Assembly (NCBI GenBank): GCA_024641245.1
Contig: JAHEDK010000004.1
Coordinates: forward strand, 6,584 to 70,583
From: Actinomycetes bacterium
GTDB lineage: Bacteria; Actinomycetota; Acidimicrobiia; Spongiisociales; JAHEDJ01
Reading direction: 5' to 3'
Length of the DNA: 64,000 nt
The translations under genes were made by a program, and so were the position numbers. The notes under the pieces were generated by a model. That model saw nothing but the letters and a program-made list of their open reading frames with translations, was not told the DNA's origin and ran no database searches. This document shows positions 28,650-37,187 of this stretch, in pieces; position 1 is the first letter of the stretch; the number at the start of each line of letters is the position of its first letter.

Positions 28650-31577
28650 CTAGCCCTCCCAGGACCCTGCCGGCGTCTCTCCCAGTGCGACTTCCACGTC
28701 AGATTCCCTCCGGCGGACTGCCGTCAGCACGAGCCCGCCGAGAACGATGAGTGCAACTCCGAGACTGCCCGTTCCCCTCTGACCGAACCCGGTGAACGGC
28801 AACGTTTCTACAGTCGTGCCGGCCACAGTTGTAGACGTCGTGGTCGGCAGCGCCGTAGTAGTCGTCGTCGTTGTGATCACCTGCGGGAACACCTCGATGA
28901 ATATCATGCCGGCGTCACGAGTTGTGTCTGCAATCCCGGCTCCAAGCGCGAAGTCCGCCGTCCGCCCGATCTGCGGGTTGGCTTCCGGATCCAGAACATC
29001 CGCATCGCTGTCGGCCGCATCATCCGATCCTTGATCCGCCGATGTGAACTCCCAGTCGACAGGGCCGGTGAACAGCAGGTAGTAGTCGCCTGCCGGCACG
29101 TTACCGAACACGTAGATGCCGCCCGCATCCGTGTCGGTCGAGCCGAACAACGCGTTCGTTTCCGCCTCGAACAACTGCACCTTCACGCCGGCGATACCGG
29201 GTTCGCCCTCGTCCTGAACGCCGTCACCATCCGTGTCGTTCCACACGAAGTCCCCGATGAGACCCATTGGCTCCTGAATCTCATGGTTCAGGAAGGTGCA
29301 ACCGACCGAGCCGCCCGGCGGCACGAACAAGGTGACCGTTCCACCGGTGAGATCGATGTCGGCATCGATGTCTCCGCACTGAATCTCGACGAGTTCCCAA
29401 CCTTGCGTCACAAACTCGGTGATCGAGTAGACACCGCCTGGCACGTGGAACGTCGCCGATCCACCCGATCCCAGATCAACCTCCTGCGTCCCGTTGAAAT
29501 CAAAGCCGAAGGTCTCTTCTGTCGCGACGTCGGTCTCCTTCTCCAAGGTGATATCCCCACCAACGAGACCGGCGTCGACACTCAGGTTGTCTTCACCTTC
29601 AGCGAGAACGACTACCTCGGTCGGAGCATCACTATCGAGTGCGTCGTCGCCGCCCTGATCGGCCGGACTGAACGCATACTCGGGTGGGAGCTGGAATTCG
29701 ACGCAGTAGGTACCGGCGGACAACCCGTCGAACAGGTAGAGGCCGGCGATATCCGTCGTGGTCTGTGCGAGCGGTTCGGCGCCGCAAACCTCTCCTTCGT
29801 GGAGGAAGACGTCGATGCCTGCAATTCCCGGCTCACCACCGTCCTGAATCCCGTTCTTGTCCTGGTCGAACCAGACGAAGTCACCGATCGATCCCACTGC
29901 GAAACCGATGTAGTGAGAAGGATCCTCGTCAGAGACCTCTTGATCGGTGGTAACCGTACCCAGGTTGGAGTACTGGCCGACCGTCGCCGTGCCGGTAGCC
30001 GTGCATTCCATCGACTCCCCGACGTCGAGCGAATCGGCCGGACACAACACGGCCACGCCCTGATCATCGAGCACGTCCACACCCGTGAGCAGGATGTTGC
30101 CCGTGTTCGACACCAGGTAGGTCCACGTGACGGGATCACCGGCCAGAATGGATGGACCGGTCGGATCGTCGGCATCCTCGCCGTTGGTGGCCTTCTCGAT
30201 GTCGATCCCAGGCTCCTCCGGAATGAAACCGTAGTAGTGCGATGGATCCTCGTCGGAGACACCCTCGTCGGTCGTGACGGTGCCGAGGTTGGCGTACTGG
30301 CCGACGGTGGCGGTACCGGCGGCCGAGCAGGTCATGGACTCGCCGAGGCCCAGCGTCGTCTGCGGACATGACACGGCGACAGCCTGGTCGTCGGTGACCA
30401 CAACTCCGGTCAGCGGCACCTCACCCGTGTTGGTTACTTCGTAGGTCCAAGAGACATCACCTCCAACAACGATCCACGGGCCCTGCGGGTCATCGGCATC
30501 GAACCCGTTGGTCGCCTTCTCAATGTCGACAGCAGGGACCAATCCGTAGTAATGCGAAGGATCAATATCGGAAACCTGCTGATCGGTGGTCACTGTGCCG
30601 AGATTGGCGTACTGGCCTGCGGTGGCTAGACCGCTTGCGGAACAGATCATCGACTCACCGACCGCCAGTGTGTCTTTGGGGCACGAAACCGCAACACCTT
30701 GATCGTCGGTGACCGCAACACCCGACAGCTCCATCCAACCGGTGTTCGTAACCACATAGGTCCAAGCCACCGGATCACCGACAACCACTTCTGGTCCGGT
30801 CGGAGTGTCTGCGTCAAAGCCGTTAGTCGCCTTCTCGATGTGAACCGACGCTTTGGTGTTGACGAACGTGCAGGTCACGTGATCGCCCTCGGCCAGAACG
30901 ACGGAATCGGGATCGTTTCCGTTGTCACAGCCGGACCCGGTGAGGCGCCATCCGGCGCCGATCTGCGCGAGGGTGAGATGCTCCGCCAGACCGTACGTGC
31001 CGGGTTCGAGGTCCCATGTGAACGTGCCGGCGTTGCCGGGCACGCCCACCCGATTCGGCCAATCGTCGTTCAGCGTGAACCAGAAGTTCTGCGTATTCGA
31101 CGGCACCGTTGCTTTGACGACGGTCAGCTGCGTCGGCTCCGGGTCGGGAACGAACGTTTCTCCACACGAAAGGTGGATCTTCGTCATGTCGCCCGGAACG
31201 ATGTCGTCCTTCGACTGATACTTGTCGATGTGATACGAGAGAATCTTCCACTCTTCGTTCGTGCCGTCTGTCGGCAGCGGAAACCGCGGAGCCGGATCGT
31301 CGGAGAAACCGTCGGTGAATACGTCGGAGCACGAGACGTGGAGGATTCGACCACTCCCAACCCCGAAACTCAGCGGGACGGTCGCGTTATTGCCACCACC
31401 TTCATCCCACGTGTTCCCGTCCCACACCATTCCATTCGCGAAATTGAACGTGTAGTGCGAGTAGTTGATGTTCCCTCCGGCTTGCGCCGGCGGAGGCAAC
31501 GTCACAAGTGACACCGCTACCAGTAGAAACGCAAGCACCCCATAGCCTGCTGCTCGCAGGGAATTGCCTTCCCTCAT
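28650..31577 (-). CDS. LPXTG-type cell-wall-anchored surface protein B (975 aa)
   Basis: Start: the ATG at 31577 is preferred (AGGAG 8 nt upstream); the track starts at the GTG at 31592.

Layout: signal peptide, a unique tip, one prealbumin-like repeat, and four DUF11-like repeats of about 95 aa (IEKATNG.DAD.P.GP...V.VTDDQGVAVSCP...GQYANLGTVTTD). Two SdrD-B-like units follow (GDFVW.D.D..G.QD), flanking another prealbumin-like repeat. Then come a poly-Thr stretch and the sorting signal LPFTGFGQRG + TM + RRRE. Confidence 0.85.
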   Translation of the reverse strand: MREGNSLRAAGYGVLAFLLVAVSLVTLPPPAQAGGNINYSHYTFNFANGMVWDGNTWDEGGGNNATVPLSFGVGSGRILHVSCSDVFTDGFSDDPAPRFPLPTDGTNEEWKILSYHIDKYQSKDDIVPGDMTKIHLSCGETFVPDPEPTQLTVVKATVPSNTQNFWFTLNDDWPNRVGVPGNAGTFTWDLEPGTYGLAEHLTLAQIGAGWRLTGSGCDNGNDPDSVVLAEGDHVTCTFVNTKASVHIEKATNGFDADTPTGPEVVVGDPVAWTYVVTNTGWMELSGVAVTDDQGVAVSCPKDTLAVGESMICSASGLATAGQYANLGTVTTDQQVSDIDPSHYYGLVPAVDIEKATNGFDADDPQGPWIVVGGDVSWTYEVTNTGEVPLTGVVVTDDQAVAVSCPQTTLGLGESMTCSAAGTATVGQYANLGTVTTDEGVSDEDPSHYYGFIPEEPGIDIEKATNGEDADDPTGPSILAGDPVTWTYLVSNTGNILLTGVDVLDDQGVAVLCPADSLDVGESMECTATGTATVGQYSNLGTVTTDQEVSDEDPSHYIGFAVGSIGDFVWFDQDKNGIQDGGEPGIAGIDVFLHEGEVCGAEPLAQTTTDIAGLYLFDGLSAGTYCVEFQLPPEYAFSPADQGGDDALDSDAPTEVVVLAEGEDNLSVDAGLVGGDITLEKETDVATEETFGFDFNGTQEVDLGSGGSATFHVPGGVYSITEFVTQGWELVEIQCGDIDADIDLTGGTVTLFVPPGGSVGCTFLNHEIQEPMGLIGDFVWNDTDGDGVQDEGEPGIAGVKVQLFEAETNALFGSTDTDAGGIYVFGNVPAGDYYLLFTGPVDWEFTSADQGSDDAADSDADVLDPEANPQIGRTADFALGAGIADTTRDAGMIFIEVFPQVITTTTTTTALPTTTSTTVAGTTVETLPFTGFGQRGTGSLGVALIVLGGLVLTAVRRRESDVEVALGETPAGSWEG

Positions 31578-31614
31578 GTGTCCGCTCCTCACATCCGTCG
31601 TCTACGGATGGGGC

Positions 31615-31686
31615 GGGCCGGTCTCACCACTCAGCTCGCTTCAACCCATTGGTGACCGAATTGCGGGTCGAAGGTCAACGCCTCCC
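31615..31686 (-). promoter_or_regulatory. conserved leader element, copy B
   Basis: GGGAGGC-N20-UUCGGUCACC-AAUGGGUUGAAGCGAGCUGAG-UGGUGAGACCGGCCC, followed by a perfect 7-bp hairpin CAUCCGU-AGACG-ACGGAUG just before the SD. Confidence 0.45.
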
Positions 31687-31776
31687 TATTCAGTTGCCCC
31701 ATGTCACATGTTGTGACTTTCAGTGTCGACGCTACCACTCCAAGTGGGCCAGGGTAAGGATGGACAAAACCTCATG

Positions 31777-31828
31777 CTTTGTGACTAGTCCACCACCTAA
31801 AGTAGCGGTATGTTGCCAGGACGTGCAA
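31777..31828 (-). promoter_or_regulatory. putative promoter plus ACTAGT-centred palindrome, gene B
   Basis: Minus strand reads TTGCAC-18 nt-TACTTT, then GGTGGTGGACTAGTCACAAAG. The layout and the GACTAGT..ACAAAG block are shared with gene C. Confidence 0.35.
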
Positions 31829-31835
31829 CGAAGTT

Positions 31836-31861
31836 GGGGCCCCGGATTGCTCCGGAGCCCC
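31836..31861 (-). terminator. GC-rich hairpin downstream of surface protein C
   Basis: GGGGCCCCGGA-TTGC-TCCGGAGCCCC with one mismatch, 26 nt after the stop. Confidence 0.4.
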
Positions 31862-31886
31862 AACCTCATCGCTTGATCTGCTTGGT

Positions 31887-34800
31887 CTATTCGTCCCAGG
31901 CCGGATGCACAGCCTCGGCCACCACCGTCTCGAGGAGGTCCTCTCGCCGGCGCATGGCCAGCAAGACGAACCCACCCAACACGATGAGCACGAGAGCGGT
32001 TCCCGCCACATCACCCTGACCGAACCCGGTGAACGGCAATGTTGAAATTGTCGTCGTCGCCACCGTGGTGGTCGTCGTGGTGGTGGTGATCACCTGAGGC
32101 GATACGAAGATCTTGATCATTCCCGCATCGAAGCTGGTGTTCGTTTCACCGGCGGCGAGCGAGAACGGAAGCGTCTCGGCGATCTCGAAGTGCTCTGCAT
32201 CCTCGCCGCTCCCGGACTGGAAGACGGCATCGCTGTCGACAGAGTCGTCGTCGCCCTGGTCGACGAGTCCGAACTCCCACGACTTCGGTGTGGTGAACCG
32301 AAGGATGTAGTCACCCTCTTCAACACCCGAGAACTCGTAGGCACCGTCGGCGCCGGTCGTCGTTGAGGCAATCACCTCACCCGTGTCGGCATCGACGAGT
32401 TCGACGAGCACACCTTCGACGCCAACCTCGTTGGCGTCCTGGATGCCATCCTCATCGGTGTCGTTCCACACGAAGTCACCGATCGTCCCGGTCGGCTTGT
32501 CGGTCACAGTGACGGTCGCGTCGTCGTCATCTTCAATGAAGACGCCGTCATCATCTTCCGCGACCACCGTTACGACGTTCGTGTGGACATCGCCGGCGTT
32601 GCCGAGAACATCACCCTCGAACGAGCACGTGTAGGACTCACCGACGGCGAGCTTCTGCGGGACCTCACAGTCGCCTAGGCCGTTGAGATCCCCGTAGACA
32701 TCGTCGACGAGCGAGGCCACGATCAACATATCGACGGCGCTCGTGTTCTCGACCACCACGGTGAAGGTGACGGTCCCGCCCGGTTCGGCGATCTGAGTGA
32801 CGGCGGGTGTCTTGGTAACGAGGATCGACGAAGGCACATCGATCACGGAGACCGATGCATCGTCATCGTCGGTTGCCTCGTTCTCTTCATTGTCCATGAC
32901 GGTCACTGTGGCGAGGTTGGGATATATTCCCGGTGCCGTGTGGTCAACGGTGTACGTGCATGAGACGCTGTCACCTTCATCGCCCGCCGGGCTGAGCGTG
33001 ACACCAATCAGATTCAGACAATCGGCCGACAATGCATTGGTATCCGTCAGCGCCGTGATCTCCACCGCTTCCTGCGACGGATTGGTAATGATCAAGGTGT
33101 AGGTGAAGCTGCCGCCCGGTTCGTTGAGGAACAGCGGATCGGCCGTCTTCTGGAGGCTGATCGCAATCGGCGTGTCCGTGACCGTCACGGTCTCATCGTC
33201 GGTATCGGACGCAGGGTTGCCCTCATTGTCCTCAACTGTCACCGACGCCGTGTTGTCATACGAACCAGCCTCAGTGTGCGTCACCGTATACGAGCAGGAC
33301 AGACTCCCGCCCACCGGAATCCACTGGCCAACCAGACTCGTGCAATCGACCGGCAACGTGTAATCATCAGACAACGCCGTCACCTGCACCGGCTCAATCG
33401 TGGTGTTGTAGATCGTGAGTGTGAAAGCGAACTCACCACCCGGTTCGGGCAACGAACCCGGCGAAGCGTCCTTCACCAAATCAACAGACGGCAACACATC
33501 GACAACCGTGACCGTCTCAGCGGCCTCGGCCGACGCCGAGTTGCCGTCGTTGTCCTCGACCGTCACCGACGCCGTGTTGTCATACGAACCAGCATCGGTG
33601 TGAGCAACCGTGTACTCACACTCAACCGTCTCACCCACAGCCAGCACAGAACCCTCCAGCGCAGAACACGCCGAGAAGTCCGTCGCACCAGACTGAGAAT
33701 CCGACAAATCGGTGATCGTCACCGGCTCCACCGACGTATTCGTAACCGTCAACGTGAAGACGAAGTCACCACCAGGCTCGGGCAACAACGACGGCACAGC
33801 CGACTTCGCCAACTCCACCGTCGGCAACACGTCCGTCACCGTCACCGTCGCGTCATCGTCGTCGGATACGGGGAATCCGTCGTCGTCGGTGCCGTTGGCC
33901 GTCACGACGTTAGTGTGAATGAATCCGGCGTCGCCGGACACCATTCGCTGGAAGAAACATGCCAAGGAGGCATTTGGGGCCAGATCCGCCCCAATCAGAG
34001 CTCCGCAGTTGCCCTGTCCGGCAAGGTCGCCGAACCTATCATCAATCAACGAATCGATTGTGACCGTATCGACAGCGCTTGTGTTCTCGACGGTGACATC
34101 GAAGATGACGGGGGCACCAGGTTCGGGCACAGTCGTCTTCCGCGGTGTCTTCGTCACCAGGATCGACGAGGGAAGGTTGTCGAATGTGACGATGGCGTTG
34201 TCGGTCGCCACCGCGCTCAGGCCGGCATCATCCTCCGCCGTCGCCGTCACGGTATTCAGGTGATCGGCGAAGTTCCCGGACAAGAGCCCCTTCGTGATGG
34301 AGCAGGTATAAGCGCCCCCCGGGGAAGCGAGCAACTGGGGTACAACACAATCGCCCTGACCGTTCAGATTGCCAAACGTGTCGTCGACGAGCGAGGTCAG
34401 GGTCACATCCTCCGGGCCGGTATTGGTGACTGTGAAGGTGAACGTCACGTCGCCGCCCGGTTCGGGAAGACTTGTCGGATCGGCCGTCTTCGTTACCGAG
34501 ATGGCCGGCTGCACGTTTTCGATCGTGCAGGTAACGACATCGCCGAGTGCCAGATCGACGCTCACACCGGCAGTTCGGGAGTCCCCGTCGTCACCGCTAG
34601 AGCACGAATAGCCCGCGAAGTTCCATCCGACACCGAAAGGATCGTCCTCGACGACCGTGTAGGTCCCCGGCAAGAGGTCAAATGACTGAGAGGATCCATC
34701 GCTTGCCAGTGACCCGGACCCCGACCAGCCGCCGAAGGCGCCGGCCGTCACGCCGAAGGTGAATGGTCCCGTGCCTTCAGCAGGCGTTGTGTCTTTCTCA

Positions 34801-35639
34801 ACTATCAGGGTGGCACAGTTGCTAATTGAGATGTCGCCAGGCCCGGTGGTGTCTTTGAGCGACGCAGGAAGACCGTTGCCGACCTTCCCAATCGCGAGAA
34901 TATTGGCCAGATCGAGGCACTGATCCGGTGACGTCGGCGGTGGGAAGATCCCGAACGCCGTGAGGTTGACGGCCGCCTCGAAAAACAGGTTGTTTGCGCT
35001 CGCCGATCCACCAAAAGCGGTCGACGAACTCGCCGGACTCCATACCGATCCGGTCCACGTCCAAGCACGCACCTCAGTGAGGGACTGTCCTCCATAGTTG
35101 AACTCGAGAAGAACGTCGCCGGCCGTTCGGTAGACGGTATTTGGGACGATCGTGTTCTGGTTGAGCACAACGAACACTGATGTGTCCCCATTTGGAGAGA
35201 CCTTGGTACCGCCGAAGTAGAAGATCACCTGACCGCCGACGACCTCATACGCGGTGTAGGTCTGGCAGAGGTTGGCCTTGTCCGCTGGAGGAGGCGGTGC
35301 GGAAGTGAACTGCAGGGGATTGTCCGCAATCTGCCCCTTCAAGGTAGTCAAATCGTTTGCCTTGGCATCACAAAGGGTCGGAACCAACGAGGGATCCGTA
35401 ATAACGGCGCCGGGAGTTCCGGTGTACTCGTAATCGTCGATCACCGACAGATTCGGCGGTGGGCTCAGCCAATCGGTTTGACCCGGCGCGGCAACGGTAT
35501 CCCCGTCTGTGACATTCATTGACGTCAGGCCTAACGCCGCCTCGGCGCTCTCGGGCATAACGACCAGGAACGAACCCACTACCAACAGAAATGCAAGCGC
35601 GGCTATGCCGGCTGCCCTCGAGATAAGACCCTTTTTCAT
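31887..35639 (-). CDS. LPXTG-type cell-wall-anchored surface protein C (1250 aa)
   Basis: Start: the ATG at 35639 is preferred (GGAGG upstream); the track starts at 35657.

Layout: signal peptide, a unique tip of about 280 aa, one prealbumin-like repeat, and about eight DUF11-like repeats of about 108 aa (V.KTA.P..LPEPGG.V.FT..V.NT....V.I..L.D). One SdrD-B-like unit follows, then poly-Thr and the sorting signal LPFTGFGQGD + TM + RRRED. Confidence 0.85.
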   Translation of the reverse strand: MKKGLISRAAGIAALAFLLVVGSFLVVMPESAEAALGLTSMNVTDGDTVAAPGQTDWLSPPPNLSVIDDYEYTGTPGAVITDPSLVPTLCDAKANDLTTLKGQIADNPLQFTSAPPPPADKANLCQTYTAYEVVGGQVIFYFGGTKVSPNGDTSVFVVLNQNTIVPNTVYRTAGDVLLEFNYGGQSLTEVRAWTWTGSVWSPASSSTAFGGSASANNLFFEAAVNLTAFGIFPPPTSPDQCLDLANILAIGKVGNGLPASLKDTTGPGDISISNCATLIVEKDTTPAEGTGPFTFGVTAGAFGGWSGSGSLASDGSSQSFDLLPGTYTVVEDDPFGVGWNFAGYSCSSGDDGDSRTAGVSVDLALGDVVTCTIENVQPAISVTKTADPTSLPEPGGDVTFTFTVTNTGPEDVTLTSLVDDTFGNLNGQGDCVVPQLLASPGGAYTCSITKGLLSGNFADHLNTVTATAEDDAGLSAVATDNAIVTFDNLPSSILVTKTPRKTTVPEPGAPVIFDVTVENTSAVDTVTIDSLIDDRFGDLAGQGNCGALIGADLAPNASLACFFQRMVSGDAGFIHTNVVTANGTDDDGFPVSDDDDATVTVTDVLPTVELAKSAVPSLLPEPGGDFVFTLTVTNTSVEPVTITDLSDSQSGATDFSACSALEGSVLAVGETVECEYTVAHTDAGSYDNTASVTVEDNDGNSASAEAAETVTVVDVLPSVDLVKDASPGSLPEPGGEFAFTLTIYNTTIEPVQVTALSDDYTLPVDCTSLVGQWIPVGGSLSCSYTVTHTEAGSYDNTASVTVEDNEGNPASDTDDETVTVTDTPIAISLQKTADPLFLNEPGGSFTYTLIITNPSQEAVEITALTDTNALSADCLNLIGVTLSPAGDEGDSVSCTYTVDHTAPGIYPNLATVTVMDNEENEATDDDDASVSVIDVPSSILVTKTPAVTQIAEPGGTVTFTVVVENTSAVDMLIVASLVDDVYGDLNGLGDCEVPQKLAVGESYTCSFEGDVLGNAGDVHTNVVTVVAEDDDGVFIEDDDDATVTVTDKPTGTIGDFVWNDTDEDGIQDANEVGVEGVLVELVDADTGEVIASTTTGADGAYEFSGVEEGDYILRFTTPKSWEFGLVDQGDDDSVDSDAVFQSGSGEDAEHFEIAETLPFSLAAGETNTSFDAGMIKIFVSPQVITTTTTTTTVATTTISTLPFTGFGQGDVAGTALVLIVLGGFVLLAMRRREDLLETVVAEAVHPAWDE

Positions 35640-35672
35640 TTCTCCGCCTCCCCTCACTTTCGTGACGGGGCG

Positions 35673-35742
35673 GGGCCGGTCTCACCACTAGCTCGACTGG
35701 ATCCAGGTGACCGATTTATCGGACCCAGTGTCGTCGCCTCCC
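35673..35742 (-). promoter_or_regulatory. conserved leader element, copy C
   Basis: GGGAGGC-N23-AUCGGUCACC-UGGAUCCAGUCGAGCUAG-UGGUGAGACCGGCCCC, followed by hairpin CCCCGUCAC-GAAA-GUGAGGGG, which overlaps the SD. Confidence 0.45.
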
Positions 35743-35764
35743 GACTGCCCCCAACATGACCACT

Positions 35765-35811
35765 CTTTGTGGTCACTAGTCATCATAACTCACATACCGT
35801 GGCAAATGCAA
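35765..35811 (-). promoter_or_regulatory. putative promoter plus ACTAGT-centred element, gene C
   Basis: Minus strand reads TTGCAT-18 nt-TATGAT, followed immediately by GACTAGTGACCACAAAG. Confidence 0.4.
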
Positions 35812-35915
35812 CAGGTCGATCGCAACGATGAATGCGTATACTGCCACTCTCCGTCAGATATGCAATGGGTCGATAGACTCATTGGACGAAACAGAACCTC
35901 GCCGGACGACACTGT

Positions 35916-37181
35916 CTACGCCGAGCGTTCTTGTGGCTCATCGAGTTCGGTAAGGGGAACGAGCGTCGGATGCACCCGCTCCTTGACGACTCCCTCGTCG
36001 ATGACGACCCGGCCGATGTCTGACCGGGAAGGAAGCTCGAACATCGTGTTGAGCAATACCTCTTCGAGGATCGCCCGCAAACCCCGGGCGCCCGTTCCCC
36101 TACCCAGAGCCTGATCGGCGATCGCTTCCAGCGCCCCGGAGGTGAACTCCAGTTCAACGCCGTCGAGTTCGAAGAATCTCGCATACTGCTTGGTGAGTGC
36201 GTTCTTGGGTTCCTCGAGGATCTCGATCAAGGCCTCCCGATCGAGTTCGTCGACCGTCGCCACGACCGGGAGACGACCGATGAACTCCGGAATCAGACCG
36301 AACTTCATGAGATCTTCAGGGAGGACCTTGGCCAACAGCTCGGACCCGTTGGCCTCTTCACGCGTCCGTATGTCGGCACCGAATCCGATAGCACGTTTGC
36401 CGATGCGATTTCCGATGATGTCCTCGAGTCCGGCGAAGGCGCCGCCGCACAGGAAAAGAATGTTCGTCGTGTCGATCTGAATGAACTCCTGATGGGGATG
36501 TTTCCGCCCGCCCTGCGGCGGAACGGCCGCCACGGTTCCCTCGAGGATCTTCAGCAGCGCCTGCTGGACCCCCTCACCAGAGACGTCTCGTGTTATTGAA
36601 GGGTTCTCAGCTTTGCGGGCAACCTTGTCGACCTCATCGAGATAGATGATGCCGGTCTCCGCCTTCTTGACGTCGTAGTCGGCGGCCTGAATGAGCTTGA
36701 GCAGGATGTTTTCGACGTCTTCGCCGACATAGCCAGCTTCAGTCAATGCAGTAGCGTCGGCAATCGCAAACGGGACGTTGAGCATCCGGGCCAGCGTCTG
36801 GGCGAGCAGCGTCTTGCCACATCCGGTTGGTCCGATGAGGAGAATGTTCGATTTCTGTAGTTCGACATCATCGCGAAGCTGGAGGCCGGCCCGCACCCGC
36901 TTGTAATGGTTGTACACGGCAACCGAGAGGACTCTCTTGGCCCGTTCCTGACCGACGACGTAGTCGTCGAGGAAGGTCAGGATTTCTTGCGGTTTTGGCA
37001 GTTCAGTAAAGTCCAGTTCCTGTGTGCCGGCGAACTCCTCTTCGATGATCTCATTGCAGAGATCGATGCACTCATCGCAGATGTAGACGCCGGGTCCGGC
37101 AATCAACTTGCGAACCTGTTTCTGCGACTTGCCGCAGAAACTGCACTTCAGGAGTTCGCCACCCTCACTGAACTTCGCCAT
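35916..37181 (-). CDS. clpX: ATP-dependent Clp protease ATP-binding subunit ClpX
   Basis: Zn-finger CSFCGKSQ...CDEC, Walker A GPTGCGKT, and an IGF-type loop. Confidence 0.95.
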
Positions 37182-37187
37182 CCTCGA

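Noticed and set aside
26615-30371. Very long plus-strand ORFs (629 and 636 aa), and also 33276-34685 (469 aa), antisense to the surface-protein genes.
   Set aside because: They lie entirely antisense to genes with clear domain repeats and sorting signals. Their products are Arg/Gly/His-rich low-complexity strings. Asp/Glu/Thr/Val-rich sense codons give a stop-poor antisense frame.
24818-35657. The periodic DNA repeats might be a CRISPR array or a non-coding satellite.
   Set aside because: The repeat periods (about 270-325 nt) are multiples of 3 and lie inside continuous ORFs that encode Ig-like domains. There are no short direct repeats with unique spacers.
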